DNA of 64,000 nt, taken from NCBI GenBank assembly GCA_964016885.1, contig OZ024762.1, positions 14,632,001 to 14,696,000 of the forward strand, read 5' to 3'. A program made the translations under genes and the position numbers. This document shows positions 43,850 to 58,659 of the stretch, piece by piece. Source of the DNA: Eledone cirrhosa (taxonomy: Eukaryota). Position 1 is the stretch's first letter. Each line of letters starts with the position of its first letter. The notes beneath the pieces are model-generated. The model worked only from the letters and a program-made list of their open reading frames with translations, was not told the origin of the DNA and searched no databases.

Positions 43850-44655
43850 TAGGTGGTGGATTCCCGGTGTATATCGGGAGGCGACCAATAGATAAAAAAA
43901 AGGTACTCAATACGTTAGTCGAGTACAGTCATCTTTATTTTATTATAGAAATGTCTTCTACAAGGCTAGAACTGTTTCAATCGTGAAAAATCACCAGGAC
44001 TTTCCTTTTGATAACGATTTATTACGACTGGACGAGTTCTAGTCTAATTGAAGCCATTCCTATAATGAAATAAAGATAGATATTACGCGTGGTTTGTGTG
44101 TGTATATGTTTGTGTGAGTATATGTTTGTGTGAGTATATGTTTGTGTGTGTATATGTCTATGTGTGTGTGTTTGTGTCGTTGGCTATTCTATAATGGCGG
44201 CCTTCCGCATCGTATTCATGGAAGGACGCCATTTTAAATTTTAATAATATAACGGAGAAGAACAATGCTTAAAGCTTTTGATGATCGCATTTCTAATGCA
44301 ATGCACTTATTTGACTTAACTAATGAATAATTTCGAGAGATTGCTAAAATTATTAATTATATAATTACTAAGAAGCTAACTTAACATATATAAAATTATG
44401 TTAAGGTTTTAATTTAAATACGAACCCCCTAAAATGGTTGGTTTTGTTTCACATCATCAAAGAGGGATCTTAGACCGGGTGAAGGTTTAAGCTTAACTGT
44501 AGGGCTTAAAATATGTCTCAATTGGTAACATTCTCTCCCTATAATGTGCATACACATATCTTAACTATAATAAAGGAAGGTCTGCGGGATTGCGTTCAGA
44601 ATATTTTTTTTTTACCCCGTTTGTAAAATAAGTTGGATTACTTTCAATAAATAAT

Positions 44656-44842
44656 TGTTTCTACTTTAGGCACAAGGCCAGCAATTACCCAGTGCATTAC
44701 TGGTACTTTATTTTATCGACCCCGTAAGGATGAAAGGCAAAGTTAACCTCGGCGGGATTTGAACTCAGATCGTAAGGGGACGTAACTCTATGCTTCAAAG
44801 CATGGTGTCCGACCCTCTATCGATACTGCCAATCCACCGCCC
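44656..44842 (-). mobile_element. Full-length SINE family A with 13-bp TSD
   Basis: TSD TTCAATAAATAAT at 44643-44655 and 44843-44855; A/B boxes intact. Confidence 0.92.
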
Positions 44843-45425
44843 TTCAATAAATAATGAATGAATATTACATAATTTATGTGCTAAATTTCGTGGCTGTTGA
44901 TTAAATATATTTTATAGCTTAATCTTTAAAATTATCAAATGTCAACACTTCCGGTTAGCAGCCGTTATATTATAACATTTATAATCGCATATATTTCCGT
45001 CGCTTATTTTCTCCTAATGCAGTTTATATATAATGTCGTCTTTTTTTAAATATATCATGGATTACTGATTACAGAAGACAGTGTAACATAGGCTTTGTTC
45101 CATTTCTGTGTATATTGTCAATTACGATTTTATTTGATGTATCATATCTACATGTATATATAGTTGTGTATAATATCAATATACACACTACACATGCTAG
45201 CAGAAAACAACCCGTGGGTGGCTTTTCAGCTAGTATATATAATATATAATAAGTAGGGATGAGGTGTCAGAGTATCAACATATATATATATACACACGCA
45301 CATATATATGTATATGTATACACACATATATACATATGTCTATATATAGCTATGTTAAATATTCTCAACACATAATATTGATTTCTCTATTTTATTGTGT
45401 GTGTATATATATACATATATTCTAT

Positions 45426-45469
<44 letters not shown>

Positions 45470-45608
45470 CTATTGTGTGTGTATATATATATATATAGGA
45501 ACCAGTAAGACCCCAGTCTTACTGGTTCCTATTACCCACTCTACTACCCTAAGTATTGAGTACTTTGGTGCGTTATGGTCCACCTGGTTCCTTACCACAT
45601 TTCCTTCG

Positions 45609-45647
<39 letters not shown>

Positions 45648-45852
45648 GTAATAATAATAAATTTGAAGACTAAAATCCAAAGAGGGCTCGATAAGGATAA
45701 ATATATATCAAATATATAAGAACCGTAGAACAAATATTTATTAAAATAACAGATTAAAGTTTAAGCAAAGAATCGCTGCTTTCACCCTTAACGGGATCTT
45801 CTGAAGATCCCGTTAAGGGTGAAAGCAGCGATTCTGCTTAAACTTTAATCTG

Positions 45853-45856
<4 letters not shown>
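45648..45856. mobile_element. Fold-back family P1, copy 2
   Basis: Palindrome centred at 45802 (GGGATCTTC-T-GAAGATCCC). Confidence 0.82.
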
Positions 45857-45891
<35 letters not shown>

Positions 45892-46168
45892 CATACACAC
45901 ACACAACAGAATATATATGGGTAACTTTTAGTTCCTATTAGTTCACCAGTTTGAACCCTCAATGCTAATGTGGGTCTGGTTGCCGATGTAGTATTCTCCA
46001 TCCCGGGTTCAATCAGGGATAACCACAATAAGTAAGGTACTCAATACATTAGTAGAATCTATAAAACAAATTTAATATAGAAATGCCTTCTGCAGGACTA
46101 AAGCTGTTTCATTCGAAGGGAATCACCAGGAAAGCTTTTCTGGTGATTTCCTTCGAATATAAATATAT

Positions 46169-46250
<82 letters not shown>

Positions 46251-46527
46251 TCATATCAGTCTCAGGTTCAATCGGGGGTAACCACAGTAAGGTACTCAAT
46301 ACATTAGTAGAGTGTATATCACAAATTTAATATAGGAATGGCTTCGAATGAAACAGTTCTGGTCCTGTAGAAGACATTTCTATATTAAATTTGTCATATA
46401 TATATATAATATATATATATAATATATAATATATATTTATATATATTATATATATAAATAATTTCTCTCTTACAAGATGCAGTCATGAGAAGAGAAGGGT
46501 ATGGTGGCGGGGTGAGGGGTGACGTGG

Positions 46528-46852
46528 CATATATCATGCATCACATGCATGATAGGCAGCTAGCCGATCAGTGATGAAGAAGAGGAGAAGGGGGAAAGCC
46601 CTTGCAATGTACCCGGTCGTCAGACAGTCAGTCAGCCATACAGACAGAGAGAGAGAGAGAGAGAGAAAGACATATATGTACTATAACAGTGTGTGTCTGC
46701 ATGGCTTAATGCCTGTCAGAAATATCAGCTGACGCCTGGTGAAGTATAAAAGGGAGGAGGAGGAAGAGGAAGTTGGTAGAGGGGGTGGGGGTGGGGGGTT
46801 AAAGGATCGATGGTAGTAGAATTCTATTCACGGAACACTGCACCGGAGCGCG

Positions 46853-46856
<4 letters not shown>
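46528..46856 (+). promoter_or_regulatory. Putative promoter/regulatory module, paralogue R, with TATA box
   Basis: TCATGCAT-cac-ATGCATGA dyad, CAGAC repeats, E-box CAGCTG, TATAAAAG at 46745; homologous to 39176-39652. Confidence 0.58.
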
Positions 46857-46886
<30 letters not shown>

Positions 46887-47048
46887 TACATACATACATA
46901 CACCGACGCCTACACTACACTATTGTACGGCATATCTCCATTCATGTGTCATATTTCAACGTGCCTATGTAACACACACATTAAATATATATAATGCACA
47001 CACACACACACATATATATGCATATAGACATACATATACAGGTGTATC

Positions 47049-47094
<46 letters not shown>

Positions 47095-47249
47095 AGAGAG
47101 AGAGAGAGAGATGTACAGGTCTGTGTGTGTGGTTACTCCTACGCAATTAATACAAAGGACCCCATGTATGTATGTACTACCCCCCCCCCCCCCCCAGCCT
47201 AACCAGTCGTGGTGGAGAATAAGTAGCGCATTGTTCTGGTTCAACCACA

Positions 47250-48580
47250 AACCCCAGTCCAGCAACCAGTTAATTGAACTGTTAGTAATAGATGCCAGAT
47301 GAACGGAGTTCAACTTTAAACCATAGCTCACAAAGCAATTATCCGTACTGTCATAGGTATCAAATCAACGGAGCTTAACTTCAAAACTTCAGCTCACCAA
47401 TCAGTTATCTGAGCTGTGAATAATAGGTACCAGATCAACGGAGCTCGCCAAGCAGTTAACCGAAGTGTCGTAGGTATCAAATCAACTTTAAACCATAGTT
47501 CACCAATCAGTTATCTGAGCTGTCAATAATAGGTACCAGATCAACGGAGCTCAACTTCAAACCATAGCTCACCAATCAGTTATCTGAGTTGTCAATAATA
47601 GGTACCAGATCAACGGAGCTCAACTTCAAACCATAGTTCACCAATCAGTTATCTGAGTTGTCAATAATAGGTACCAGATCAACGGAGCTCAACTTCAAAC
47701 CATAGTTCACCAATCAGTTATCTGAGTTGTCAATAATAGGTACCAGATCAACGGAGCTCAACTTCAAACCATAGCCCACCAATCAGTTATCTGAGTTGTC
47801 AATAATCGGTACCAGATCAACGGAGCTCAACTTCAAACCATAGCTCACCAATTAGTTATCTGAGCTGACAATAGTAGGTGCTAGATAAGCATTACTGAAC
47901 CATAGACCACCAGACATTGATAGAAATGTCAGTAATAGATACCAGATCAACGTGGCTCAACTTCAGACCACAGTCCACCAATCAGTTAACCGAACGGTCA
48001 GCAGTCAACCAACTAGTCAATCGATTTATCAGTAATAAATACCAGATCAATGCAGCTCAAGTTCAGACTACAGCTCGCCAGTCAGTTTACCGTACTACTA
48101 GTAATAAATACAAGATCAACGGAGCTCAACTTCAAAGTATAGTACACCAGCTAATAAACCGAACTGTCAATAATAGATACCAGATCTCAACATGGCTCAA
48201 CCACAGACCACAGACCACAGTCCACCAATCAGTTAACGGAACGGACAGCAGTCCACCTGTATAACAGGTACCAGATCAACGCGGCTCAATCACATACCCC
48301 CCCCCCCCCACGCACAATCAATATAATCGAACTACCAGATCAACGTGTGTCAATTTCAGACTAGTCAAAACACCACTGTGACTCAATAACAGATCATAGT
48401 TAATCTATCGATCCGAAATAGACACAATATTTTACGTGGGTCAATCTCAGCCCCCCTCCTCCAATCAATAAAATCGAACTGCCAGTAATAGCTACCAGAT
48501 CAACGTGTCTCAGCCTCAGGTCATAGTTAATCTACCTATCACTAATCGACACCAGATTAACATGAATCAATCGCAGACAA
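47250..48580 (+). repeat. 69-bp tandem repeat, homogeneous core 47493-47870 with decayed flanks
   Basis: Unit CCATAGCTCACCAATCAGTTATCTGAGTTGTCAATAATAGGTACCAGATCAACGGAGCTCAACTTCAAA. Confidence 0.9.
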
Positions 48581-48803
48581 CAGAGCTCAGTCCCACCGAG
48601 GTATTACAATTTCACCACTCATTCCTCTGATGTTGATAAAATAAAAATAAAGTAGTTTCTTGAGCAAGGCACTTTATTTCACGTGGCTCCAGTTTACTCA
48701 GCTGTAGAAATGAGTTGCGGCGTCACTGGACTGGTGCCAAGCTGTATCAGCCATTGTCTTTCCCTTGGACATTATATATAGTGTATATATAGAGTATATA
48801 GTG

Positions 48804-48867
<64 letters not shown>

Positions 48868-48871
<4 letters not shown>

Positions 48872-49086
48872 ATAATAATAAAATTGAAGACTAAAATCCA
48901 AAGAGGGCTCGATAAGGAAAATATATATCAAATATATAAGAACCGTAGAGCAAATATTTATTAAAATAACAGATTAAAGTTTAAGCAAAGAATCGCTGCT
49001 TTCACCCTTAACGGGATCTTCTGAAGATCCCGTTAAGGGTGAAAGCAGCGATTCTTTGCTTAAACTTTAATCTGTTATTTTAATAA

Positions 49087-49090
<4 letters not shown>
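48868..49090. mobile_element. Fold-back family P1, copy 3 (perfect 137-bp palindrome 48954-49090)
   Basis: 68-bp arms, 1-nt centre at 49022. Confidence 0.88.
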
Positions 49091-49168
<78 letters not shown>

Positions 49169-49257
49169 TGTGTGTGTAGTGTATATATGAGTTGTGATCT
49201 CACTGGTGCCAAGCTGTATCAGCCATTGCCTTTCCCTTCGGCATTATATATAGAGTA

Positions 49258-49443
49258 GGGCGGTGGATTGCCAGTATCGGTAGAGGGTCGGACACCATGC
49301 TTTCCAGAATAGTTACGTCCCTTTACGATCTGAGTTCAAATCCCGCCGAGGTTGACTTTGTCTTTCATCCTTACGTGGTCGATAAAATAAAGTACCAGTA
49401 ATGCACTGGGTTATTGCTGGCCTTGTGCCTAAAGTAGAAACAA
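49258..49443 (+). mobile_element. Full-length SINE family A
   Basis: GGGCGGTGGATTG...GAGTTCAAATCC...GTAGAAACAA. Confidence 0.9.
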
Positions 49444-49459
49444 GTATATATAGTGTATA

Positions 49460-49514
<55 letters not shown>

Positions 49515-49624
49515 GTGTGTGTAGTGTATATATGAGTTGTGATGTCAACGGTGTCAAGCTGTATCAGCCATTGCCTTTCCCTTGGACAACATCATATATA
49601 GTATATATGTATTATAAATATATA

Positions 49625-49694
<70 letters not shown>

Positions 49695-49764
49695 TATATA
49701 ATTCAGTCGCTGCCGTGACTGAATTATAACCATCAACATAGTCATGATATGTCAGGCATCAACT

Positions 49765-49830
49765 TATTCTATCTGATGAGGACGTACTGTTGAAATAGCT
49801 CAGTACCTCTGAAATATGTATAATCAAATA
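49765..49830 (+). ncRNA. Hammerhead family H2, second copy (weakened stem I)
   Basis: Core and stem II arms identical to 23215-23281, different loop, two mismatches in stem I. Confidence 0.6.
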
Positions 49831-49872
49831 TATTTGATCACATGAATGTCTATATTTATTAATATTTTGAAG

Positions 49873-49927
<55 letters not shown>

Positions 49928-49966
49928 GATATTAACAAATGGAAACTATATTTATAAAACCATATT

Positions 49967-50031
49967 TATTTCATTATACATATTTCAAGGACACCAAGTT
50001 AAATTATGGTGTGCTTTCATCAGATAAAATA
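49967..50031 (-). ncRNA. Hammerhead family H3 copy
   Basis: Same sequence as 24881-24945. Confidence 0.72.
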
Positions 50032-50104
50032 TAATATAGAGCAGTTTTATAAATAAATATTGACATACCCTTAAAAGAATGCAACCATTACTGTTGGAAG
50101 CTCC

Positions 50105-50188
<84 letters not shown>

Positions 50189-50419
50189 TACTGTATATGG
50201 AAAGTATGAAGTGTATAAGTGTATATATGAGTTCCAACGTCACTGGTGCCAAGCTGTATCGGCCATTGTCTTTCCCTTGGACAACATAGGTGGCGTGGAG
50301 ACGAGACTGGTATACACGGGTGACTGATGGTCTTCCACAAACTTCCTCGGACTTGTGCCGGGCTTTTTAGGTACTAATCCCATGATCAATCATGATCGAA
50401 GGGTCTTTACCGTTATACA

Positions 50420-51350
50420 TAGTGTATATACAGTGTATATATATAGGGTATATACAGTGTATATATATAGGGTATATACAGTGTATATATAGTGTATATA
50501 TATAGGGTATATACAGTGTATATATAGTTTATATACAGTGTATATGCAGTGTATATATAGGGTATATATAGTGTATATACAGTGTATATATATAGGGTAT
50601 ATACAATGTATATATAGTGTATATATAGTGTATATACAGTGTATATATATTGTATATACAGTGTATATATATAGGGTATATACAGTGTATATATAGGGTA
50701 TATACAGTGTATATATAGGGTATATACAGAGTGTATATACAGTGTATATATAGGGTATATACAGTGTATATATAGGGTATATACAGTGTATATATAGTGT
50801 ATATATATAGGGTATATACAGTGTATATATAGGGTATATACAGTGTATATATAGGGTATATACAGAGTGTATATATAGTGTATATATAGTGTATATATAC
50901 GGTATATATAGTGTATATATACGGTATATACAGTGTATATATAGGGTATATACAGTGTATATATAGTGTATATATATATAGGGTATATACAGTATATATA
51001 CAGTGTATATATAGCGTATATATAGGGTATATACAGTGTATATATAGTGTATATACAGTGTATATATATAGGGTATATACAGTGTATATATAGTGTATAT
51101 ATAGTGTATATATAGGGTATATACAGTATATATATAGGGTATATACAGTGTATATATATAGGGTATATACAGTGTATATATATAGGGTATATACAGTGTA
51201 TATATATAGGGTATATACAGTGTATATATAGTGTATATACAGTGTATATACAGCGTATATACAGTGTATATATATAGTGTATATATAGGGTATACACAGT
51301 GTATATATAGTGTATATATATATAGTGTATATATAGGGCATATATAGTGC
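50420..51350. repeat. Minisatellite of about 22 bp (GTGTATATATAGGGTATATACA)n
   Basis: Direct. Confidence 0.9.
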
Positions 51351-51481
51351 ATATATATGGAGCGATATCGACCCTCTGATGAGGATGGTGTGACCATACA
51401 TATGGGGAAGCATGGGCGACTGCTGGTCTTCAATAAAGAACCAGGCCCGGACTTGTGCCTCGGAGAGGAACTTTCTAGGTA

Positions 51482-51681
51482 NNNNNNNNNNNNNNNNNNN
51501 NNNNNNNNNNNNNNNNNNNNNNNNNNNNNNNNNNNNNNNNNNNNNNNNNNNNNNNNNNNNNNNNNNNNNNNNNNNNNNNNNNNNNNNNNNNNNNNNNNNN
51601 NNNNNNNNNNNNNNNNNNNNNNNNNNNNNNNNNNNNNNNNNNNNNNNNNNNNNNNNNNNNNNNNNNNNNNNNNNNNNNNNN
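51482..51681. other. Assembly gap (200 N)
   Basis: Run of N. Confidence 1.
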
Positions 51682-51936
51682 AGATACATAAAGCTAGAGA
51701 GCTAGAGAGAGCTGGAGAGACATAAAGCTAGAGAGAGCTGGAGAGACATAAAGCTAGAGAGCTAGAGAGAGCTGGAGAGACATAAAGCTAGAGAGAGATG
51801 GTGTGTCAGTGTGTTTGTGCCAGCACATATGCTGGTGTACGTACTTACGTATGCACACGCGGGTACGTTCTCACAAAACAATGCCCCCCCCCCCTCCCTC
51901 ATATATATATGCATGTATGTACAGATATATATATGC

Positions 51937-51994
<58 letters not shown>

Positions 51995-52078
51995 ATATAT
52001 GAGCAAATTACGAACTATTGACGCATCTAACATAATCTGCCTTGTTCTTAATGTTCCCGACTGTTATTGACCTAACTA

Positions 52079-52112
<34 letters not shown>

Positions 52113-52160
52113 GTATATATATATATGCATATATATATATATATATATATATGCATATAT

Positions 52161-52192
<32 letters not shown>

Positions 52193-52221
52193 GCATATAC
52201 ATATATATATATATATATATA

Positions 52222-52259
<38 letters not shown>

Positions 52260-52279
52260 TATATATATATATATATATA

Positions 52280-52319
<40 letters not shown>

Positions 52320-52351
52320 TATATATATATATATGCATATATATATATATA

Positions 52352-52512
<161 letters not shown>

Positions 52513-52513
52513 G

Positions 52514-52544
<31 letters not shown>

Positions 52545-52545
52545 G

Positions 52546-52603
<58 letters not shown>

Positions 52604-52789
52604 TATATATATGCATACATATATATATGCATACATATATATATATGCATGCAAATTTACAATATACATACATACATGTAATATATATATATATATATAC
52701 ACACATGCAAATTTACAATATACATACATACAATATATATATACACACATGCAAATTTACAATATACACACATACATTCATATATATAG

Positions 52790-53062
52790 ACTATCCGGGA
52801 GCTTCCAACAGACATGGTCGCATTCTTTAAGGGTATGTCAATATTTGTTTATAAAACTGATCTATATTATATTTTATTTGATGAAAGCGCACCATAATTT
52901 GCTTTGGTGTCCTCGAAATATGTATAATGAAATAGATATGGTTTTATAAATATAGTTTCCTTTTGTTAATATCGTATTTTTACACCAAAAATGTGTTGAG
53001 TGCTTTATATCAGTTATAAAAATATTTGCTTGTTGTATCCCAACAAATTAAATATAACTTCT
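52790..53062 (+). mobile_element. H3-family element with mutated hammerhead core (TTGATGA)
   Basis: Colinear with 25025-25190; C3-to-U change in the core; flanked by long (TA)n. Confidence 0.75.
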
Positions 53063-53115
53063 ATATATATATATATATATATATAGGTATATGTATATAT
53101 ATATATACATATGTA

Positions 53116-53248
<133 letters not shown>

Positions 53249-53263
53249 ATATATATATATATA

Positions 53264-53416
<153 letters not shown>

Positions 53417-53427
53417 ATATATATATA

Positions 53428-53531
<104 letters not shown>

Positions 53532-53561
53532 TGTATATATTTATATATATATATATGTATA

Positions 53562-53598
<37 letters not shown>

Positions 53599-53764
53599 GC
53601 AAATTTACAATATACATACATACATGATGTCCCCCAAAATATATACACACTTGAACAGCATTCTAATAAATATTGCCTGTACAGGTAATAAAAGTGTTTC
53701 GACAATTTTCGCGACACCCTGTATGTATATATATATATATATTATATTATATATATATATATAT

Positions 53765-53807
<43 letters not shown>

Positions 53808-54069
53808 TATATTATATTATATTATATTATATATCATGTTACGAAATTGATGTACACCGATGAAAAACACTTACGCACATGCATAAGTCGTGTGTATATA
53901 TGTATTGGTGTGTAGATGTTTGTATGTGTGAGTCTGTGTGAGTGTTGGTGTTGGTGTTGGTGTATGTGTGTGTGTGTGTGTGTTGCTGTATGTGTGAGTC
54001 TGTGTGTGCTGGTGTTGGTGCATGTGTGTGTGTGTGAGTGCTTGTGTGTGTGAGTGTGTGTTGCTGTAT

Positions 54070-54101
<32 letters not shown>

Positions 54102-55002
54102 TGCTCTATGTGTGAGTGTCTGTGTGTGCTGTTGTTGGTGCATGTGTGTGTGAGTGTTGGTGTATGTGTGTTGCTGTGTGTGTGTGTGTTGCTGTATGTG
54201 TGTGTTGCTGTATGTGTGTGTTGCTGTATGTGTGCTGCTGTATGTGAGTGTTGGTGTATGTGTGTGTTGCTGTATGTGTGAGTCTGTGTGTGTTGGTGTT
54301 GGTGCATGTGTGTGTGAGTGTTGGTATATGTGAGTGTGAGTGTTGGTGTATGTGAGTGTGTGTGTGTGTATGTTGGTGCATGTATGTGTGTGTGTGTTGC
54401 TGTATGTGTGAGTCTGTGTGAGCGTTGGTGTATGTGAGTGTGTGTGTTGCTGTATGTGAGAGTCTGTGTGTGTTGGTGCATGTGTGTGTGAGTGTTGGTG
54501 TGTGTGTGTGCGAGTCTGTATGTGCGAGTCTGTATGTGTGTGTTGGTGTGTGTGTGTGCGAGTCTGTATGTGTGTGTTGGTGTGTGTGTGTGCGAGTCTG
54601 TATGTGTGTGTTGGTGTGTGTGTGTACGCACACGTTTATAAATATACACAATAACGGCCTTTACAGAGAATGCGTTAAGATCCGCTGGTGACAGTTACAT
54701 GTAGTAGTAGTAGTAGTAGTGGTAGTGGTGGTAGTGGTGGTGGTGGTAGTAATGGGGTGGTGGTGGTAGTAATGGGGTGGTGGTGGTAGTAGTGGTGGTG
54801 GTCGTAGTAGTAGTAGTGGTGGTAGTGGTAGTAGTAGTGGTGGTAGTGGTAGTAGTGGTGGTGGTGGTGATGGTGGTAGTGGTGGTGGTAGTAGTGGTGG
54901 TGGTGGTAGTAGTAGTAGTAGTGGTGGTAGTAGTAGTAGTAGTGGTGGGGTGGTAGTAGTAGTAGTGGTGATGGTAGTAGTAGTAGTAGTAGGGTGGTAG
55001 TG

Positions 55003-55055
<53 letters not shown>

Positions 55056-55144
55056 GGTGATGGTGGTAGTAATAGTAGCAGCGATTGTAGTAGCGGGGGG
55101 CGGGGTAGTAGCAGTAGTAATAGCAGTAGTAGTGGCAGCAGTGA

Positions 55145-55188
<44 letters not shown>

Positions 55189-55238
55189 ATAGTAGTAGTG
55201 GCAGCAGTGATGGTGGTAGTAGTAGTAGTAGTGGTAAT

Positions 55239-55271
<33 letters not shown>

Positions 55272-55339
55272 GGTGACAGCGGTGCAATGTTGTAAACAAA
55301 GATAGGAAAAAATATTTTAAAATGCGTCTTGTTTTGTAT

Positions 55340-57050
55340 TATAAACACCACCACCGCCGCCACCATCGCCATCAAACGGTATAAACACCACCGCCGCCAT
55401 CACACGGTATAAACACCACCGCCGCCGCCACCATCGCCATCACACGGTATAAACACCACCACCGCCGCCACCATCGCCATCACACGGTATAAACACCACC
55501 ACCGCCACCATCGCCATCACACGGTATAAACACCACCACCGCCGCCACCATCGCCATCACACGGTATAAACACCACCGCCGCCACCATCGCCATCACACG
55601 GTATAAACACCGCCGCCGCCGCCATCACACGGTATAAACACCACCACCGCCGCCACCATCGCCATCTCACGGTATAAACACCACCGCCGCCGCCACCATC
55701 GCCATCACGCGGTATAAACACCACCGCCGCCACCATCGCCATCTCACGGTATAAACACCACCGCCGCCGCCACCATCGCCATCTCACGGTATAAACACCA
55801 CCGCCGCCGCCACCATCGCCATCACACGGTATAAACACCACCGCCGCCGCCACCATAGCCATCACACGGTATAAACACCGCCGCCGCCACCATAGCCATC
55901 ACACGGTATAAACACCGCCGCCGCCACCATCGCCATCACACGGTATAAACACCACCGCCGCCGCCACCATCGCCACTGCCACCATCAACATGACACGGTG
56001 TAAACATTACCGCCACCGCCGCCATTACACAGTATAAACACCACCGCCGCCATTACACGGTGTAAACATCGCTCCACCGTCGCCGTTATACGACCCCGCC
56101 ATCACACGGTGTAAACATATTCACCACCGCCAGCATATGATGTAGACACCTCCACTACCGCCAGCCGCCATTACATGATGTAAAGACCTCCACCGCCATT
56201 TCATGGTGTAAACATCACCAACACCACCGCCGCCATTACAAGATGTAAAGACCACCACCGCCGCCATTACAAGATGTAAAGACCGCCGCCGCCGCCATTA
56301 CATGATGTAAAGACCTCCACCGCCATTACAAGATGTAAAGACCGCCGCCGCCGCCATTACATGATGTAAAGACCTCCACCGCCATTACAAGATGTAAAGA
56401 CCTCCACCGCCGCCATTACAAGATGTAAAGACCACCACCGCCATTACAAGATGTAAAGACCACCACCGCCGCCATTACAAGATGTAAAGACCACCACCGC
56501 CATTACAAGATGTAAAGACCACCACCGCCGCCATTACAAGATGTAAAGACCACCACCGCCGCCATTACAAGATGTAAAGACCACCACCGCCGCCATTACA
56601 AGATGTAAAGACCACCACCGCCGCCATTACAAGATGTAAAGACCTCCAGCGCCATTTCACGGTGTATACATCACCAACACCACCACCACCACCATTACAT
56701 GATGTAAAGACCACCACCGCCGCCATAACAAGATGTAAAGACCTCCAGCGCCATTTCACGGTGTATACATCACCAACACCACCACCACCACCACCATTAC
56801 ATGATGTAAAGACCACCACCGCCGCCATAACAAGATGTAAAGACCACCACCGCCGCCATTACAAGATGTAAAGACCACCACCGCCGCCGCCATTACAAGA
56901 TGTAAAGACCACCACCGCCGCCATTATACGGTGTAAACACCACCCCGCCATTAAACGATGTAAACATTATTTCACCGCCGCCATTTAAACTGTGTAAACA
57001 CCTCCCCCGCCGCCATTAGACGGCATAAACACCGCCGCCGCCGCCATAGA
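55340..57050. repeat. Two related GC-rich minisatellites (about 37-40 bp, then about 28-31 bp)
   Basis: CACACGGTATAAACACCACCGCCGCCACCATCGCCAT grading into TACAAGATGTAAAGACCACCACCGCCGCCAT. Confidence 0.9.
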
Positions 57051-57297
57051 CAACGCAAAAACACCCCCTCCCATTCTTCCACCCGTTTTCTCTGTCTCTT
57101 TCCCATCCACCCTCTCTCATGCATCACGTGACCATCGAGTTAAAATTGCACACGATTCATACACATAAGCAAATGTCAACGACCTGATGCTTGTTGCAAT
57201 ATAGTGCAGCTAACAGCAGCACCGCATGCAGTAGTAGGAGAAGGGGGGGAAGGAGGACGGTGCAGAGGCATTTGCAAAGAGAGAGAGAGAGTATGTG

Positions 57298-57344
<47 letters not shown>

Positions 57345-57589
57345 ATGTGTATCTGAATGCAAACATTCTTGCTAGAAACACGTGTAACTGTGATATAATG
57401 TTTTAACTTATCCAGCCATTATTTTACACAAACACACACACATATATATATACATACATACATATATATACATATATACATACACATATATATATATATA
57501 TATACATATATACATACACACACATATATATACATATATACATACACACACATATATATATACATATATACATACACACACACATACAC

Positions 57590-57622
<33 letters not shown>

Positions 57623-57637
57623 TATATATATATACAT

Positions 57638-58200
57638 ATGGTGGCTGCCAACTCGTTTTCGAGTACGGCCACTACTTTATATCCATGTAGGAGAACCCCT
57701 ACCGATGGGCTGAACGAGTGTGACTTTTTAGTCCAGCCAGCGACTTGAAAACTATGGTACACACACTACACTTGTGACAATTATTGACACAGTGCTGGGC
57801 CCATGGTACCATGTGACGACAAGTGCAGAGGGATCTCCAGATAAAAAGCAATGCATGTGCCGTGAAGCTTTTATAGTGAGCAAAGGCACTGCACACAAAG
57901 CCAGTCCCACTCTCTTAACCAAGATGATATTTACCAAAAAGAAGAACAAGTCAACATCATTGGATACCATCAGGGTTGCAGGTGTTATATCAGAGTTTAC
58001 CTTCTCCTAGAATGCTGCCTTGACAAAGGCTAAGGGGTCATCTCTCCCTGTGATTTTGGATGGCCATTGACAGGTTTTGTTTTTAGTCCTGCAGGATGTC
58101 CAAAGTCACCTTCCTCACCAAGAAACCTTTGTGGGGTTGCCAGTTTAGTCGCCAACGACCCGACCATGGGACAGGTTGTACTGGGATACATGTTACCATA
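57638..58200 (-). mobile_element. RTE-derived non-autonomous element, copy 2 (longer 5' end)
   Basis: Highly similar to 43274-43716; encodes [22 protein letters not shown]. Confidence 0.62.
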
Positions 58201-58213
58201 TATATAAAGGAAC

Positions 58214-58543
<330 letters not shown>

Positions 58544-58659
58544 AGGATCAAGGGGCTGTGGGGTTACTTGATAAAGTGTATTTAGACATAAAAGGAAAGC
58601 ACGGGCCCCTCTTCCGTTGTCTGCTGGGGGGGGGGGGGGGTCTATATATATATATTTAT

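Noticed and set aside
46719-46742. AAATATCAGCTG resembles the 5' part of miR-216/miR-283 family miRNAs
   Set aside because: The 3' half does not match, there is no evident pre-miRNA hairpin, and the paralogous copy lacks the AT.
49258-49345. tRNA genes suggested by A/B boxes
   Set aside because: These are SINE heads: no cloverleaf, long A-B spacing, and always followed by the SINE body.
51375-51410. CTGATGAGGATGG...CCAT as a hammerhead
   Set aside because: No GAAA after the stem and no stem I or III.
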